Part shown: piece by piece, positions 12,901 to 24,615 of the stretch | Layout: every line of letters starts with the position of its first letter | Position numbering within the stretch: the stretch's first letter is position 1 | Assembly: GCA_008632985.1 (NCBI GenBank) | Contig: QPGO01000029.1 | Coordinates: forward strand, 384,874-448,873 | Reading direction: 5' to 3' | DNA from: Psammoneis japonica | Lineage: Eukaryota | Length of the DNA stretch: 64,000 nucleotides | Position numbers and translations under genes: made by a program | Notes under the pieces: model-generated | What the model was told of the DNA's origin: nothing | Seen by the model: only the letters and a program-made list of their open reading frames with translations | The model's database searches: none

Positions 12901-13575
12901 TTCTCTTCTCTCACACTCCTTGTTGTTGCTCATTCTTGTGCTGCTTGTTGTTCTGTTCTTGACAGATTCTCACACCCTTGCAGCCACCAGACTCTAGACA
13001 CTGCACACCTCATGGTGGCTGGTCATTGTTGTCTTGTGCAAACATGCTCCCTCTGGCCTTTTTTGGAGCCTGGCTCAGGCCAACAACATGACTTGGCATT
13101 GCAGCTCATGGCAATTGGTTGTGGTGCACCTCATCTCAGACATCCCCTGGCCTGGGGCAACAGTTGGCAAAGCTGTGGCAAAGTTGAATCTGCCACTCAG
13201 CTTCATGCTTTTTCTAAGTTTTGGGGCCCAATCGAAAGCTGTTGACCAACAAAATGGAGATGCATGGCAAGTGGCTGCTCTCCTGGAGCATCTTGGTGAG
13301 ATTCGATTGCCGAAAACAACCAGAAAGTTGTGGAATGATTTTCATCCAGATTCAGGCAAGACTCTCATCGTCGTATGGTGAGCAGACTAGCTCGATCGCT
13401 TGTAGAACTGGGAACGTTTACAGATTGCGTTGCTCTAAAAGCGTTATCGCACAAGATCGTTTCAGAGTCTGCTTGTGATGTGCACTTTCCTTGCGGTTTA
13501 AACGACAGTTGTAAATGAATGGTCAGGCACGTGGGATAAGAACGGACGGAATGAAAAAATGACATGCTTGGAACA

Positions 13576-15432
13576 CTACTGGTTTACTGTGAAAACATAA
13601 GCGGATCCGGAATTATCGCCGTTTGCGTGACGTCGAAGGGCCCCAACTCCAACGACTCTTCCGTCTGCTGACAAGGCTACGGAATATCCAAATTCATCCC
13701 CTCCGGCTTCACCATTCAAAGGATCAAAAAGCTGATCCCACCTGTTTGTGTCACTGTAGTATCTAAAGATGTTAACTTGACCGGATTCCTTTAACCCGTT
13801 GGCATCATGCATGCTACTCCCGACAGCCAAGACATTTCCAGTTCCATTCAAAGATACCCGGATACCAAAGGCATCACCAGGCTGTTGCGTTAGTAGAGTT
13901 TGGCCGCGTTGGTTCCAAGTCGAAGTGGCCCGGTCAAGGTCATAAACCAAGACTCTCTCATCGATTCCATACGCACCTACAGCCATAACTAAACCACTGT
14001 CATCAAGAGAAACAGAAATTCCAAACTCCCCACCAATGATTTGCCCATTTATTGGATCGCCCAATGTATCCCAACTCGATGCAGAGCTGTATTCAAACAC
14101 TGACACCCTACCAGCGTTGCTTCCACTCAAGTATGCGCCAACGCAAACGATGTTGCCTGAGCTACTCAAAGAAACAGAGACGCCAAATCTTTCACCTTCA
14201 GCTTGACCATTTAGTCTCTGCCCGAGCTGGTTCCAAGATGAAGTACCGCGTTTGAATTGAAACAATTGAACAGAACCAGATTCAAGGCCGTGTTCAGTGT
14301 CATCCCTCCATGCTCCCACAGCAAGAATGTCGCCAGCATTCGACAGCGACACAGAAAAACCAAATTTACCCCAACGTTCTTGTCCTTCAAGGTCGCTGCC
14401 GAGTTGTGACCAATGGTCCGATGCAGAGTTGTACTCAAACACTCGAACATGACCCGCATTCTCTCCGCCACCGTCATTATCGTCGGCTCCAACAGCGAGT
14501 ATTGTGCCGTCGCCATTTAACGACAAGGATTCGCCAAATTGGTCACCAGGGGCTTGTCCAACCAATTCTTGCCCAATACGTGTCCATTTCTTGGTGGCTG
14601 GATTGTAACGATGGACGGAAACATAGCCAGGATTTGAAGAATTTGTAAACTGATTTGCGCCTACTGCCATGACATTTCCATCGCGCGACAGTGAGATGGA
14701 CCGGCTGAAATAGTCCTCAGCAGCCCTGCCATTCAAGACTTGACCGACGCGCTGCCACGGCAATACATCGGTGCCGCCCTTGCCACCTGAAGCTACTGCA
14801 AGCGAAACAGACACAACCACAGCAATAGCTACAATTACAATCCCAAGAACAATCAAAAGTTTGCAGAGATGCTTCCATTGCTCGTTGTTTGGTTGCGTTG
14901 CAATGATGTGAGCCACCGGAGCTTGGCGAAGATTGTCTTCGATGCGGGCAACTCGATCCTGAATTTCACCAAAATCGTCAGTGTTTGTGGACGGGGCTAG
15001 ACGAGCTTCCACGAGCCAGGTGTTGTCGTCACGGGGCACTGCATCTGAACTAGACTCTGCTGTTTCCGGTAAAGTAGAAATGTCTTCAGCATTCCCTCGG
15101 CGCTGAACTTCTCCATGACGGTTTCGTGCAAAAGCCCCAGGGACGACTTCTCCAGAGTGCGTGTTTGAGGCGGACTGTCGGCTGCGTCCTTCAGCTGCAC
15201 TCTGAAGCAGACTCAGGTTGCTCGAGTTCATCCTTGAAGAAGAGGCTTGATTTCGGGTTGGTATGGGGCGTGGTTGTTCTTCTCTTTCCACTCTGTCATC
15301 TTCTTGATCAGCAGTCTTCTTTCTCATCACGGCCAAAAATTTAACTAAGCGATTCATGTTTTCTCGGCACGATGTAACAACGCCGGCGTTATGGGCTATG
15401 CTCGAGTTTCGGTTTGTCGCGATGTGATTCAT
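13576..15432 (-). CDS. Single-pass membrane protein with an extracellular FG-GAP-like beta-propeller
   Basis: 618-aa ORF with a low-complexity N-terminus (VVPGAF, LVEA), one TM helix (LLIVLGIVIVAIAVVVSVSLAVA) and about seven repeats of FGxSVSLSxxGxxxAVGA. The start could be the Met at 15358. Confidence 0.9.
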   Translation of the reverse strand: MNHIATNRNSSIAHNAGVVTSCRENMNRLVKFLAVMRKKTADQEDDRVEREEQPRPIPTRNQASSSRMNSSNLSLLQSAAEGRSRQSASNTHSGEVVPGAFARNRHGEVQRRGNAEDISTLPETAESSSDAVPRDDNTWLVEARLAPSTNTDDFGEIQDRVARIEDNLRQAPVAHIIATQPNNEQWKHLCKLLIVLGIVIVAIAVVVSVSLAVASGGKGGTDVLPWQRVGQVLNGRAAEDYFSRSISLSRDGNVMAVGANQFTNSSNPGYVSVHRYNPATKKWTRIGQELVGQAPGDQFGESLSLNGDGTILAVGADDNDGGGENAGHVRVFEYNSASDHWSQLGSDLEGQERWGKFGFSVSLSNAGDILAVGAWRDDTEHGLESGSVQLFQFKRGTSSWNQLGQRLNGQAEGERFGVSVSLSSSGNIVCVGAYLSGSNAGRVSVFEYSSASSWDTLGDPINGQIIGGEFGISVSLDDSGLVMAVGAYGIDERVLVYDLDRATSTWNQRGQTLLTQQPGDAFGIRVSLNGTGNVLAVGSSMHDANGLKESGQVNIFRYYSDTNRWDQLFDPLNGEAGGDEFGYSVALSADGRVVGVGALRRHANGDNSGSAYVFTVNQ

Positions 15433-15899
15433 TCACTCATTCTGAGCTTCAACGCAAGATCACCATTGCCTCTCTTGTTTTCCGCTCACACGATTGATTT
15501 GATCCGCGGATACAACAGACGCACGCCTCATCGTTTTACACTGAAATAATTCGATCTCTAATTGGCTCGAAGACGTGCGCCGAGACGTCATTGTGTCACG
15601 CGATGGCAAACTTTGTGCGTTGATCGATCAAGCAAGCCACATCAAGCTTTGTCACATTTGCATGCATGCATGGTCGCTTTTGCTGCGGTATTTACTCGCA
15701 ACATCACACATCATGGTTCATGGTTCATGGTAAAGGCATTTTCAGCAATTTTCGGGCGGTTTGCGCCAATTTTACGACAGAGATTAAAACTGATTGTTCA
15801 AATTTGGAGATTTTGCATGCTGTGATCACGAGTCGCCTTGCGAGCTGCATTCATTTTTTTTGTTTCTCTGAATCTTGTCGTCGAGACACGACGCGTTTT

Positions 15900-17143
15900 T
15901 GCTGTGCTATGCTTTGAGCATTTTTGTCTCCCACCGACAGAGACGATGTTGCGTTCATCAAGACGGTGCCTCGGTGCCACAGTGAAATCGTCAAACAATG
16001 TAAATCAGCGCTCTTCATCCAGCAGCGAATCCACCATTGCATCAACTTGTTGATGATTCCACTGAACAATGGGACCATGGCAGGTGCCGGAGAAACTTGG
16101 CTGATTTTTTTTCGGCTGTGTGGTGATGCACTGGTGCGGTGGCATGAAGTCATTTTGCGTCCCGGTTCTGAGTCTGATCCAGGTGTTTCATTTCTTTCTA
16201 GTTTGCTTGGGTCACCTGAGAGCTCTTGTGAAAAGCTTTTGAGAACTTGTTGTGGTTTGTTGAAGATGAAATTCGCTCGCATGACTGGAGACAGAGGCGC
16301 CACTCCAAGGTTCATTCTCTGGAATTTGTGCATGACGAGGAAGACTTCATTCACAAAAAGAGCAAAAGCCTGGTGTGTCCCATTGCAAACAAAAAAGAAG
16401 TGGCCTTTGCTCATGCATCAGAGACAGAGGATGATGTTGGCAATGCAGCTCACATGCTGAGCTGTGCTTGGGAGCAAGTTCACAGATTTAGAAATTTTCA
16501 TCTCTTCACTTGAAGAGTGTTCTCACTGACTCATTTGCATCATCAAATGCCATGTCCCTCAAACACACAATTGGCAATCCCAAGCAAACCTGCTTTTGGA
16601 TTTGTCACTTTTTTGCATGAAGCAGCACCAAGTGGCTGAAGACATCGAAGCACCCAAGGCTGTCACAACGAGTTTCAAACTCCAGTGATGGGCATTGGCC
16701 GCATTGTTTGCATGACATTGCCGTGGGAGAAAACCCAGTCTGCCTTTGTCAAGTGTGGCGCATCTTTGAAATTGCATCTCCAGTTTAAAAGGGAAATGGC
16801 TGCGATGTGAACAGCCACGCTGCCGCATCAAAAAGAGCATCTCTTGCATCAGTTGATGGTTGCGGCAAAAGATGTCAGGTCTGTTGACATGCTCTCTGCA
16901 CAAGCTCAGTTCTTTTGTTCTGTCACTTTCTTCTTGACATGTGATTTTGACCAGTTGCTCCTTGACAACTGATTTTGACCAGCTTGCATCTTTTGAATGA
17001 TGACAAAAATTCATGGCTCTGTTTGCACCTGCAATGCTCTCTCCTTGACAACTGAATCATCCTGGATGGAAGTGGCTGCAGCAGCGGACATTGTGAGCAA
17101 CAAATGACTCTGTGTCAAACAGCACTTGACATGACAAACAATG
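15900..17143. mobile_element. Degenerate unclassified repeat DNA interrupted by the young copia element (continues after 24257)
   Basis: TA-depleted sequence with broken ORFs, continuous across the GGAAA target-site duplication. Confidence 0.45.
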
Positions 17144-17148
17144 GGAAA

Positions 17149-17424
17149 TGACAGGATTTGAACAGGATTTGGATGCGCGCGAAGCATCGCGCGCTGTTTA
17201 GTTTACCGCGCACAGTTTTGTGTGCTTTAGTTCCGCGCGTTCACGCGCGATGTAGTTTGCTTTCGAGCCACAAGGCTCACAAGAATAATAACAGTAGCCC
17301 GATTATACCGACTTACACGTCTTTCGGCTCCTGTAACGGTCTCTGAGCGGAGACTCATCTGCTATTTAGACAGCAGTAAGGAGTTATTGTTTGAATTCTT
17401 GCCATTTGCCTTCATTTTCTGTCA
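17149..17424 (+). repeat. 5' LTR (276 bp)
   Basis: TGACAG...CTGTCA inverted termini; differs from 23978-24252 by 8 substitutions and 1 indel. Confidence 0.98.
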
Positions 17425-17438
17425 GATTAACAGTCTTG
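17425..17438 (+). promoter_or_regulatory. Putative primer-binding site complementary to a tRNA-Asn(GUU) anticodon arm
   Basis: GATTAACAGTCTTG directly follows the LTR. Its reverse complement CAAGA-CT-GTT-AA-TC has anticodon stem-loop geometry. Confidence 0.65.
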
Positions 17439-18363
17439 CTCATTGTCAACCCATTGAGCAACCGCCATCGTCGTCGTTGATTTACCAACGACGCTATTTC
17501 AATTCTACGTGGACCTCCGTATATATTCTACATACATCGGCAAGTCTACGCGCATTCAATACCAGGGCATCGGCAGGAAGTTAACGTCACCGTCAAGTCT
17601 CCTTACCGCTGGATATCTGGATTGATTATACTACCTTTGATCGCTGAAGACATACATTCAACGGTCATATCCAAGTCTATCCTTGATCCTCATCCCTTGA
17701 TATACCTATTCATCGGTCAACGGTCAAGAACCCTGCATATTCAAGGATCTTCGTCGCTGAAGACACACATATATATACATATCTTCACGGCCAAGAACCT
17801 GTACCCACTCTTCGGACCACGGTTTTGCTGCCACTCTACAAGCACACCGAGTCCATTGTACCTGATCTACCCCGGACCACTGGTGCTCTACAGTTCTGCC
17901 AGGTCCACGAGGACGACTGTGAGAGCAAGCAGCCGTGATTGCAGCCTGCGTTGGGGCGAGGGTGCTTTCCCGCGTTTGTTCGTTCGTCCACAGCGCCCAA
18001 CGCCTGCGTCAACTGGCCAGCCTGATCGGGAAATCCAACCGACATAAAACAAGAACGGTTCGGGGGTCTTGTCCACCTCTAGTCAGCTTGCCTGCAGGGG
18101 TTTGCAACCCGCTGCTCCGCTCGCAAGCAACCCAAAGCGCCGCTGGCTGCGGGTTCGGACGTGCCGGCACAACTCTGCGGACCGGACAGGAAGTTTAGCA
18201 CTTGACAACGAACGGGATAACAAAGCCCGGCGACTTCTGATTTTAAGACAGTTCAAGATTTCAAGTCAAGTCTGTTTCAAGTCAAGTCTGTTCTCACCCA
18301 AGTTTCGAGTCCACCTTCGCTTCCCAACCAGAATTGATTGTCCTGACACCATTTTTGTCTGCC

Positions 18364-21300
18364 ATGGTTCTCACTCGTCAGCAACAAACCGATGGTTTCG
18401 AGCACGTGGTTGGAACCGTGCTTGCCCAAGGTGCTGGGAGTCCTCTTCGTTTGGCTTTGGCCCAAGACGGCACGGACTCATGTCAGGAACTGTTCACGTT
18501 CATGCCGTCCCAAATCGACTCGCTTGAGTGCAACAACGGCACCAATGCAATCCCTTTGCCCCGTGGTTGTAAGAACATGTTAGCAGCACTGGTCAGTCTG
18601 TACATTGTCAAAGCACACAAAGGTCTTGACGTTGCCAACGACTCCTCTTTGTTCACGCATGACGAGTTCCTTGCCCACCGCCTCAGCCCCGACTGCATGT
18701 CTTCTGTGTCCATCGGCAGCTCACCCCTTGCACCTCCACATGTCACCAACCCGACCAAGGCACGCGACCCGGTGCGAGACTTCAAGCGAGGCATCAAGCG
18801 TGATCCCACCGCTTTCACGGCTCTCAAATCCGACAAGCAGTGGCACACTTGGCACACCTCACTTGTGGCACAAGCCCGTGCCCAAGACGTCGAGTGCATT
18901 CTAGACTCGTCGTACAAACCGACCAGCCCCGAAGACAAACTGCTCTTTGCCGAACAGCAAAAGTGCATGTTCGCCGTCTTCGAACGCATCCTTCTCACCG
19001 ACAAGGGCAAGGCTCTCATTCGCGAAAATGTGGGGTCCTCTGACGCACAGACCGTCCACCGCTCCTTGTCTGCATGCGCGCTTGCCTCCACCCGTGCATC
19101 TGTCGAGTCCTCCACCCTGCTCACGCACCTCACCACCGCACGTCTTGGTGATGGCACTTGGAAAGGTCCGACCCACGGGTTCATCCTTCATTGGCAAGAT
19201 CAGTTGCGCAAGTGCGAGGCACTCATCCCCGCCAGCGACCACTTCTCTGAAGGACAGAAGCGCGTCATGCTCGAGAATGCCGTGCATCCTGTCGAGGAAC
19301 TCCGTGCTGTCAAGAACCAAGCTGATCAGCATCGTACGCAGAGTGGCAAGAGCCTCACATGCGATCAATGCTGTGGCTTGCTCCTCTCCGCGGCAGCTCA
19401 GTGCGACAGCACGTTTCAACCCAAGACGACACCTCGAGCTCCCCGACGCGCCATGTGCGCACACGACGTCTGCTCCGAGGAACCGTCCGACGATGTGTTC
19501 TACGACATTGACAGCGACGTTGACGTCCTTCAAGCCAATGCTGCCTGCACTCGTGGTCCCAGCCTCACCGGTGTCCAATGGAGACGTCTCCCTCCCGACC
19601 ACCAACGGCTCTGGGATTCGTTGCCCGATTCCTCCAAGGCGATCATCCTTGAGCACTCTCGTCCGCCTCCCCGCAACCCGCGAGCCAGCAACCACCATGA
19701 GTCTGTTACGGCCAACCTTCACGACCAACACCTTGGGAGTGACGGTGATGTCAACTTGTCCAACACGACTCCTGCTGACTGTGGTGACCCCGCTGCACAT
19801 GTGGACGCCACTTCGGACAATCCCATCCTGGCGCACCTCACCAAGCGCAAGCCACTGCCACCCGGTGATCTGCAACGTCTGTTGTCTCCTAACCAAGCCC
19901 CCAATGCCAGTCGACCGGGGCCATCCGCCGCTTCCTCTACCCCGCCAGCTTCTGCAGATGACACAGAACTCAACGGCCGCACTTGCCGCCGCGTTGACAA
20001 CCACAATGTCATTTGCTCTGCCTCTGCTCATCGCTCCACACGCACTGGCGCTCTAGTCGATCGTGGGGCCAACGGCGGCATTGCTGGCGATGACGTTCGC
20101 GTCATTGCACGAACCTCCCGCCAAGTCGACGTTCAGGGCATCGACGATCATCAATTGGTGGACATCCCCATTGTCACCGCTGGTGCCGTCATTGAGACCC
20201 AGCGTGGTCCCGTCATCGCCATCCTCCATCAGCACGCATGCACGGGAAAGGGCAAGACCATCCATTCCTGCGGCCAGCTCGAATGGCACAAACAGGATGT
20301 CAACGATCGCTCTGTCAAGGTGCCCAACGGCTTGCAACGCATTGCCACTCCTGATGGCTGTGTCATCCCCATTGACATCAAGGCTGGCCTGCCTCATGTT
20401 GCCATGCGACCTCCACACTGACGCCGAATGGGACACCCTGCCCCATGTCATCCTTGCCGGTGATGACACATGGGACCCTTCCGTCCTCGATCACTCTGTC
20501 ACTGACGACGACCAGTGGTACGACGCGATCTCTGATCTACAGGACGATCCCACTGCCAACCTGTTTGACGAATGCGGCAACTACCGTCACCGTGTCGTTG
20601 TCAACGAGACCATCTTGTCCGCTTCCTTGTCTGCCGATCACGCATCCGCCCTCGATGATCACCTCATTCCGAACGACGACGTGTTCTACGAGTGTCATCT
20701 GCATGCGATTGACCCCACGGGCGATGACGTTCCACCTCCGGAGCGCACTGTAAAGCCCAAGGACCCCCCCTTCGAGTCTCTTCGGCCTTGCTTTGGCTTC
20801 CTACCTGCCGATGCGGTCCGTCGTACTTTTGACTGCACCACGCAGTGCGCCCGCATGCCCGCCGGTACACACCTTCGCAAGGCCTGCAAATCACCCAACC
20901 CCGCCCTTAATGTGCACCGCCGCAACGAGCCCATCGCCACTGACACCGTTCATGCCGACACCCCGGCCGTCGACTCTGGTTGCACCAGCGCCCAACTGTT
21001 TGTTGGCACCGAGTCTACCGTCACTGACGTCTGCGGCACCAAGACGGACAAAGAGTTTGTCAACACACTCGAGGATCAGATCCGTGAACGTGGTGCACCA
21101 TCCAAACTCATTGGCGACCGTGCTCAAGTTGAGATCAGCAACAAAGTGCTCGGGATCCTGCGCCCTCTTCATCTCCAGCTGGCAAAGTGAGCCTCACCAG
21201 CAACACCAAAACTTTGCCGAGCGTCGATGCCAGACTGTGAAGCGCATGGCGAACACTGTCATGGACCGTTTTGGTTCGCCCGCCCACACATGGCTGCTGG

Positions 21301-23960
21301 CGCTCATGCACGTGTGCTTCATGCTCAACCACACAGCGTCCCCATGTCTCCACTGGCGCACGCCCTTCGAGACTCTCACTGGATCCACCCCGGACATCAG
21401 CCCATTGCTTCGCTTTCACTGGTGGGAACCAGTGCACTTCCACCTCGATGACTCCGATTGGCCGTCCGAATCTCGTGAGTTGCGTGGACGCTTCGTTGGC
21501 ATTGCTGAGCACGTCGGCCACCAGATGACCTTCAAGATTCTATCTGACGAGACTCAGAAGATCCTCTGCCGGTCCAACGTTCGCTCCGCCACCCCCGATC
21601 CTGCCGTTCGAAACCTGCGTCTTGATCCTCCTGATGGGGAGCCACCTGAACCCATCATCAAATCTCGCCATGACGACAACCCCGTCGATTCTCCTGATGG
21701 GGAGATCAGGACACCCAAGATGCCAGTTTTCGATCCGCAAGACATCATTGGACGTACCTTCCTCATGCAGCCACAAGAGGACGGACAACGCCACAGAGCT
21801 CGTTCGTCAAGGCCGTCGAAGACCACGAATGGAAAGTGAACGGCAATCCTGAGCTCACTAAGTTCGTCTGCTCTGTCAACAATGACGAATACGAGGAAGT
21901 CCTTGCCTGCAATGACATCATGAATCACATTGAGCAAGAAGACGAAGACACCACTGTTTGGAAATTTCGACGCATCGTGTCACACGAAGGCCCTCTGAAG
22001 CCTCACGACCCAACCTGGAAAGGCTCAAGCTACAACATCATGCTTGAATGGGAAAGTGGGGAGATCACGTCCGAGCCTCTTGCCATCATCGCCAAGGACG
22101 ACCCCGTCACCTGTGCCATCTATGCACGAGAGAACGGACTCCTCGACACGGATGGATGGAAGCGGTTCCGCACCATCGCGAGGCGCCAAAAGAAGCTATT
22201 TCGCATGGCCAACCAAGCCAAGCTTCGCTCCTTCCGCACTGCACCTCGCTACAAGTACGGATACGAAGTTCCCCGGAACTACAAACACGCCATGTCACTA
22301 GACGAACGCAACGGCAACCGCAAGTGGGGAGACGCAACTAATCTCGAGATGGACCAACTCGACGAATACGAAGTCTTCCATGACTGCGGGCCCTTCAAGT
22401 CTTCCACTCCTCCTGCGGGACACAAGAAGATCCGAGTCCACCTGGTGTACGACGTGAAACACGACGGTCGCCACAAGGCACGACTCGTAGCCGACGGGCA
22501 CCTCACGGACGTACCTGTCGACAGTGTCTACTCCGGAGTAGTCTCCCTTCGTGGCCTTCGGCTGATGATTTTCCTGGCCGAACTCAACGAGCTGGAGACA
22601 TGGGCCACCGACATTGGCAATGCCTGCCTTGAAGCCACCACCAAGGAGAAGCTTTACATTGTAGCTGGACCCGAATTTGGCAAACTCGAAGGACACATCC
22701 TTGTCATCCACAAGGCACTGTATGGACTCCGCAGCTCCGGTCTCCGCTGGCACGAGCGCTTCGCCGACTGCCTGCGAGCTGAAGGCTTCTTCCCCTGCCG
22801 CGCCGAACCCGACATTTGGATGCGCAGGAACGGCGACCACTGTGAATACATTGCCGTTTATGTGGATGACCTCGCCATTGCCATGAAGGACCCTCAATCT
22901 TTCGTCGACACTCTCACGGAAAAGCACAAGTTCAAGCTCAAGGGTGCGGGACCCATTGAGTTCCATCTGGGTTGCGACTTTTCCCGGGACCCCGACGGAA
23001 CCTTGTGCCTGTCTCCGCGCAAGTACATCGAGCGCATGGTCGACAGCTGCGCCCGACTGTTTGGGGAGAAACCTGCCACCAACGCCCTGTCACCTCTGGA
23101 GAAGGGTGACCACCCCGAACTGGACACTTCCGAACTGCTGGGACCCGATGGCATTCACAAGTTCCAGTCTCTTGTTGGTTCACTCCAATGGGCAGTGTCC
23201 CTTGGTCGAATTGACATTGCCACGGCCGTCATGTCACTCTCTAGCTTCCGAGCTGCGCCCCGTCAAGGCCACTTGGATCGTGCCAAACGCGTCTGTGGGT
23301 GCCTCTCCAAGATGCGACACGGTGCTCTCCGCGTTCGCACGGAAGAGCCCGACCATTCGGATCTCCCTGCTCCGGCCTGCGAATGGATGCATTCCGTGAT
23401 GGTGAAGCAGAAGAGATGATCCCGAAGGACGCTCCATTGCCCCTTGGCAAGTTCGTCACTGCCACCCACTGCGTCGATGCAAACTTGTGCCATTGCATGC
23501 TCACCGGACGCTCTGTCATGGGAATGCTCCACTTCCTCAACAAATTCCCGGCTGATTGGTTCTCCAAGAAACAAGCCACCGTGGAGACTGCAACCTGCGG
23601 ATCTGAATTTGTTGCCGCAAGGAATTGTGTTGAGCAGATTGTCAACCTGCGCATCACCCTGCGCCACCTTGGCGTCCCGATCCGCAATGTCAGTCACATG
23701 TTCGGTGACAACAAGTCGGTTGTAGACAGTGCCACCATCCCGCACTCCAAGTTACACAAGCGACACACCGCACTGTCGTTCCACCGTGTGCGTGAGGCAA
23801 TTGCCTCTGGTTGCCTTGAGTTCCACTTCATCGAAGGCTCCCGCAACCCTGCTGACATTCTCAGCAAGCATTGGGGCCACTCCCAAATCTGGGACCTTCT
23901 CCGCCCCCTCATGTTCTGGAACTTCATTCCATCCGAAGTCGAATCTGTTTCTGTGGCTCC
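18364..23960 (+). pseudogene. gag-pol polyprotein of the copia element, frameshifted near 20410, 21160, 21800 and 23390 and with many Tyr->Cys/His changes
   Basis: DFKRGIKRDP (gag), LVDRGANGG (protease), WQSEPHQQHQNFAERR (integrase), HKARLVADGH / KALYGL / YVDD (RT) and ADILSKHW (RNase H). Confidence 0.93.
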
Positions 23961-23966
23961 TCAAGC

Positions 23967-23977
23967 AAACTGGGGAG
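23967..23977 (+). promoter_or_regulatory. Polypurine tract
   Basis: AAACTGGGGAG immediately upstream of the 3' LTR. Confidence 0.7.
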
Positions 23978-24252
23978 TGACAGGATTTGAACAGGATTTG
24001 GATGCGCGCGAAGCATCGCGCGCTGTTTAGTTTACCGCGCACAGTTTTGTGTGCTTTAGTTCCGCGCGTTCACGCGCGATGTAGTTTGCTTTCGAGCCAC
24101 AAGGCTCACAAGAATAATGACAGCAGCCCGATCACACCGGCTTACACGTCTTTCGGCTCCTGTGACGGTCTCTGAGCGGAGACTCATCTGCTTTTAGACA
24201 GCAGCAAGGAGTTGTTGTTTGAATTCTTGCCATTTGCCTTCATTTTCTGTCA
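23978..24252 (+). repeat. 3' LTR (275 bp)
   Basis: Direct repeat of 17149-17424, followed by the TSD GGAAA. Confidence 0.98.
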
Positions 24253-24615
24253 GGAAAGCTTGGCATTTGTTGTTGATTGTTGCTTGCACAGCACTTGGTC
24301 TCTCTCCACTCTGCAGCAGCTGTTCATCATTCACAGTCGTGAGTGCAAGGCAGCAAAGTCTGCGCATCACACACACTTGGTCACAGCAAAATTGCCATGA
24401 TGCATGTCTGTCTGTGTCCCACCTGGTCTGGAGGAATGCAACACAGCTGTCCATTGTTTGCACTGCCTTGCAGTTGCTCATCAGTCATCCACACATTGGC
24501 CAGTCATGTGACATGTGGCAGCAAGCAAGCTTCTCATCTGCTGCAGCAAAGTTGGTGCACCACCCAATCTGGGCAGCGGGACAGGAGAATGGGTGGGAGG
24601 GTTGTTTTGGCAGTG

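Larger units (their letters stand above)
17149..24252 (+). mobile_element. Full-length young Ty1/copia (CoDi-type) LTR retrotransposon
   Basis: Two TG...CA LTRs, perfect 5-bp TSD GGAAA (17144-17148 and 24253-24257), PBS, PPT and domain order gag-PR-IN-RT-RH. Confidence 0.98.

Noticed and set aside
18483..20469. Long antisense and alternate-frame ORFs inside gag-pol
   Set aside because: Expected shadow ORFs in GC-rich, TA-depleted coding DNA; no recognisable domains.
18364..23960. Alternative genetic code (Cys/His codons read as Tyr)
   Set aside because: Host genes and the RT core use TAY for conserved Tyr, and non-coding LTR and TSD positions show the same TA changes.
17149..24252. Classical RIP or ADAR-type RNA editing as the cause
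   Set aside because: RIP creates TA and stop codons, opposite to the polarity shown by Tyr motifs and TTAA. RNA editing would give sense-strand A->G only and identical LTRs, whereas both TG and CA products occur and the LTRs differ.
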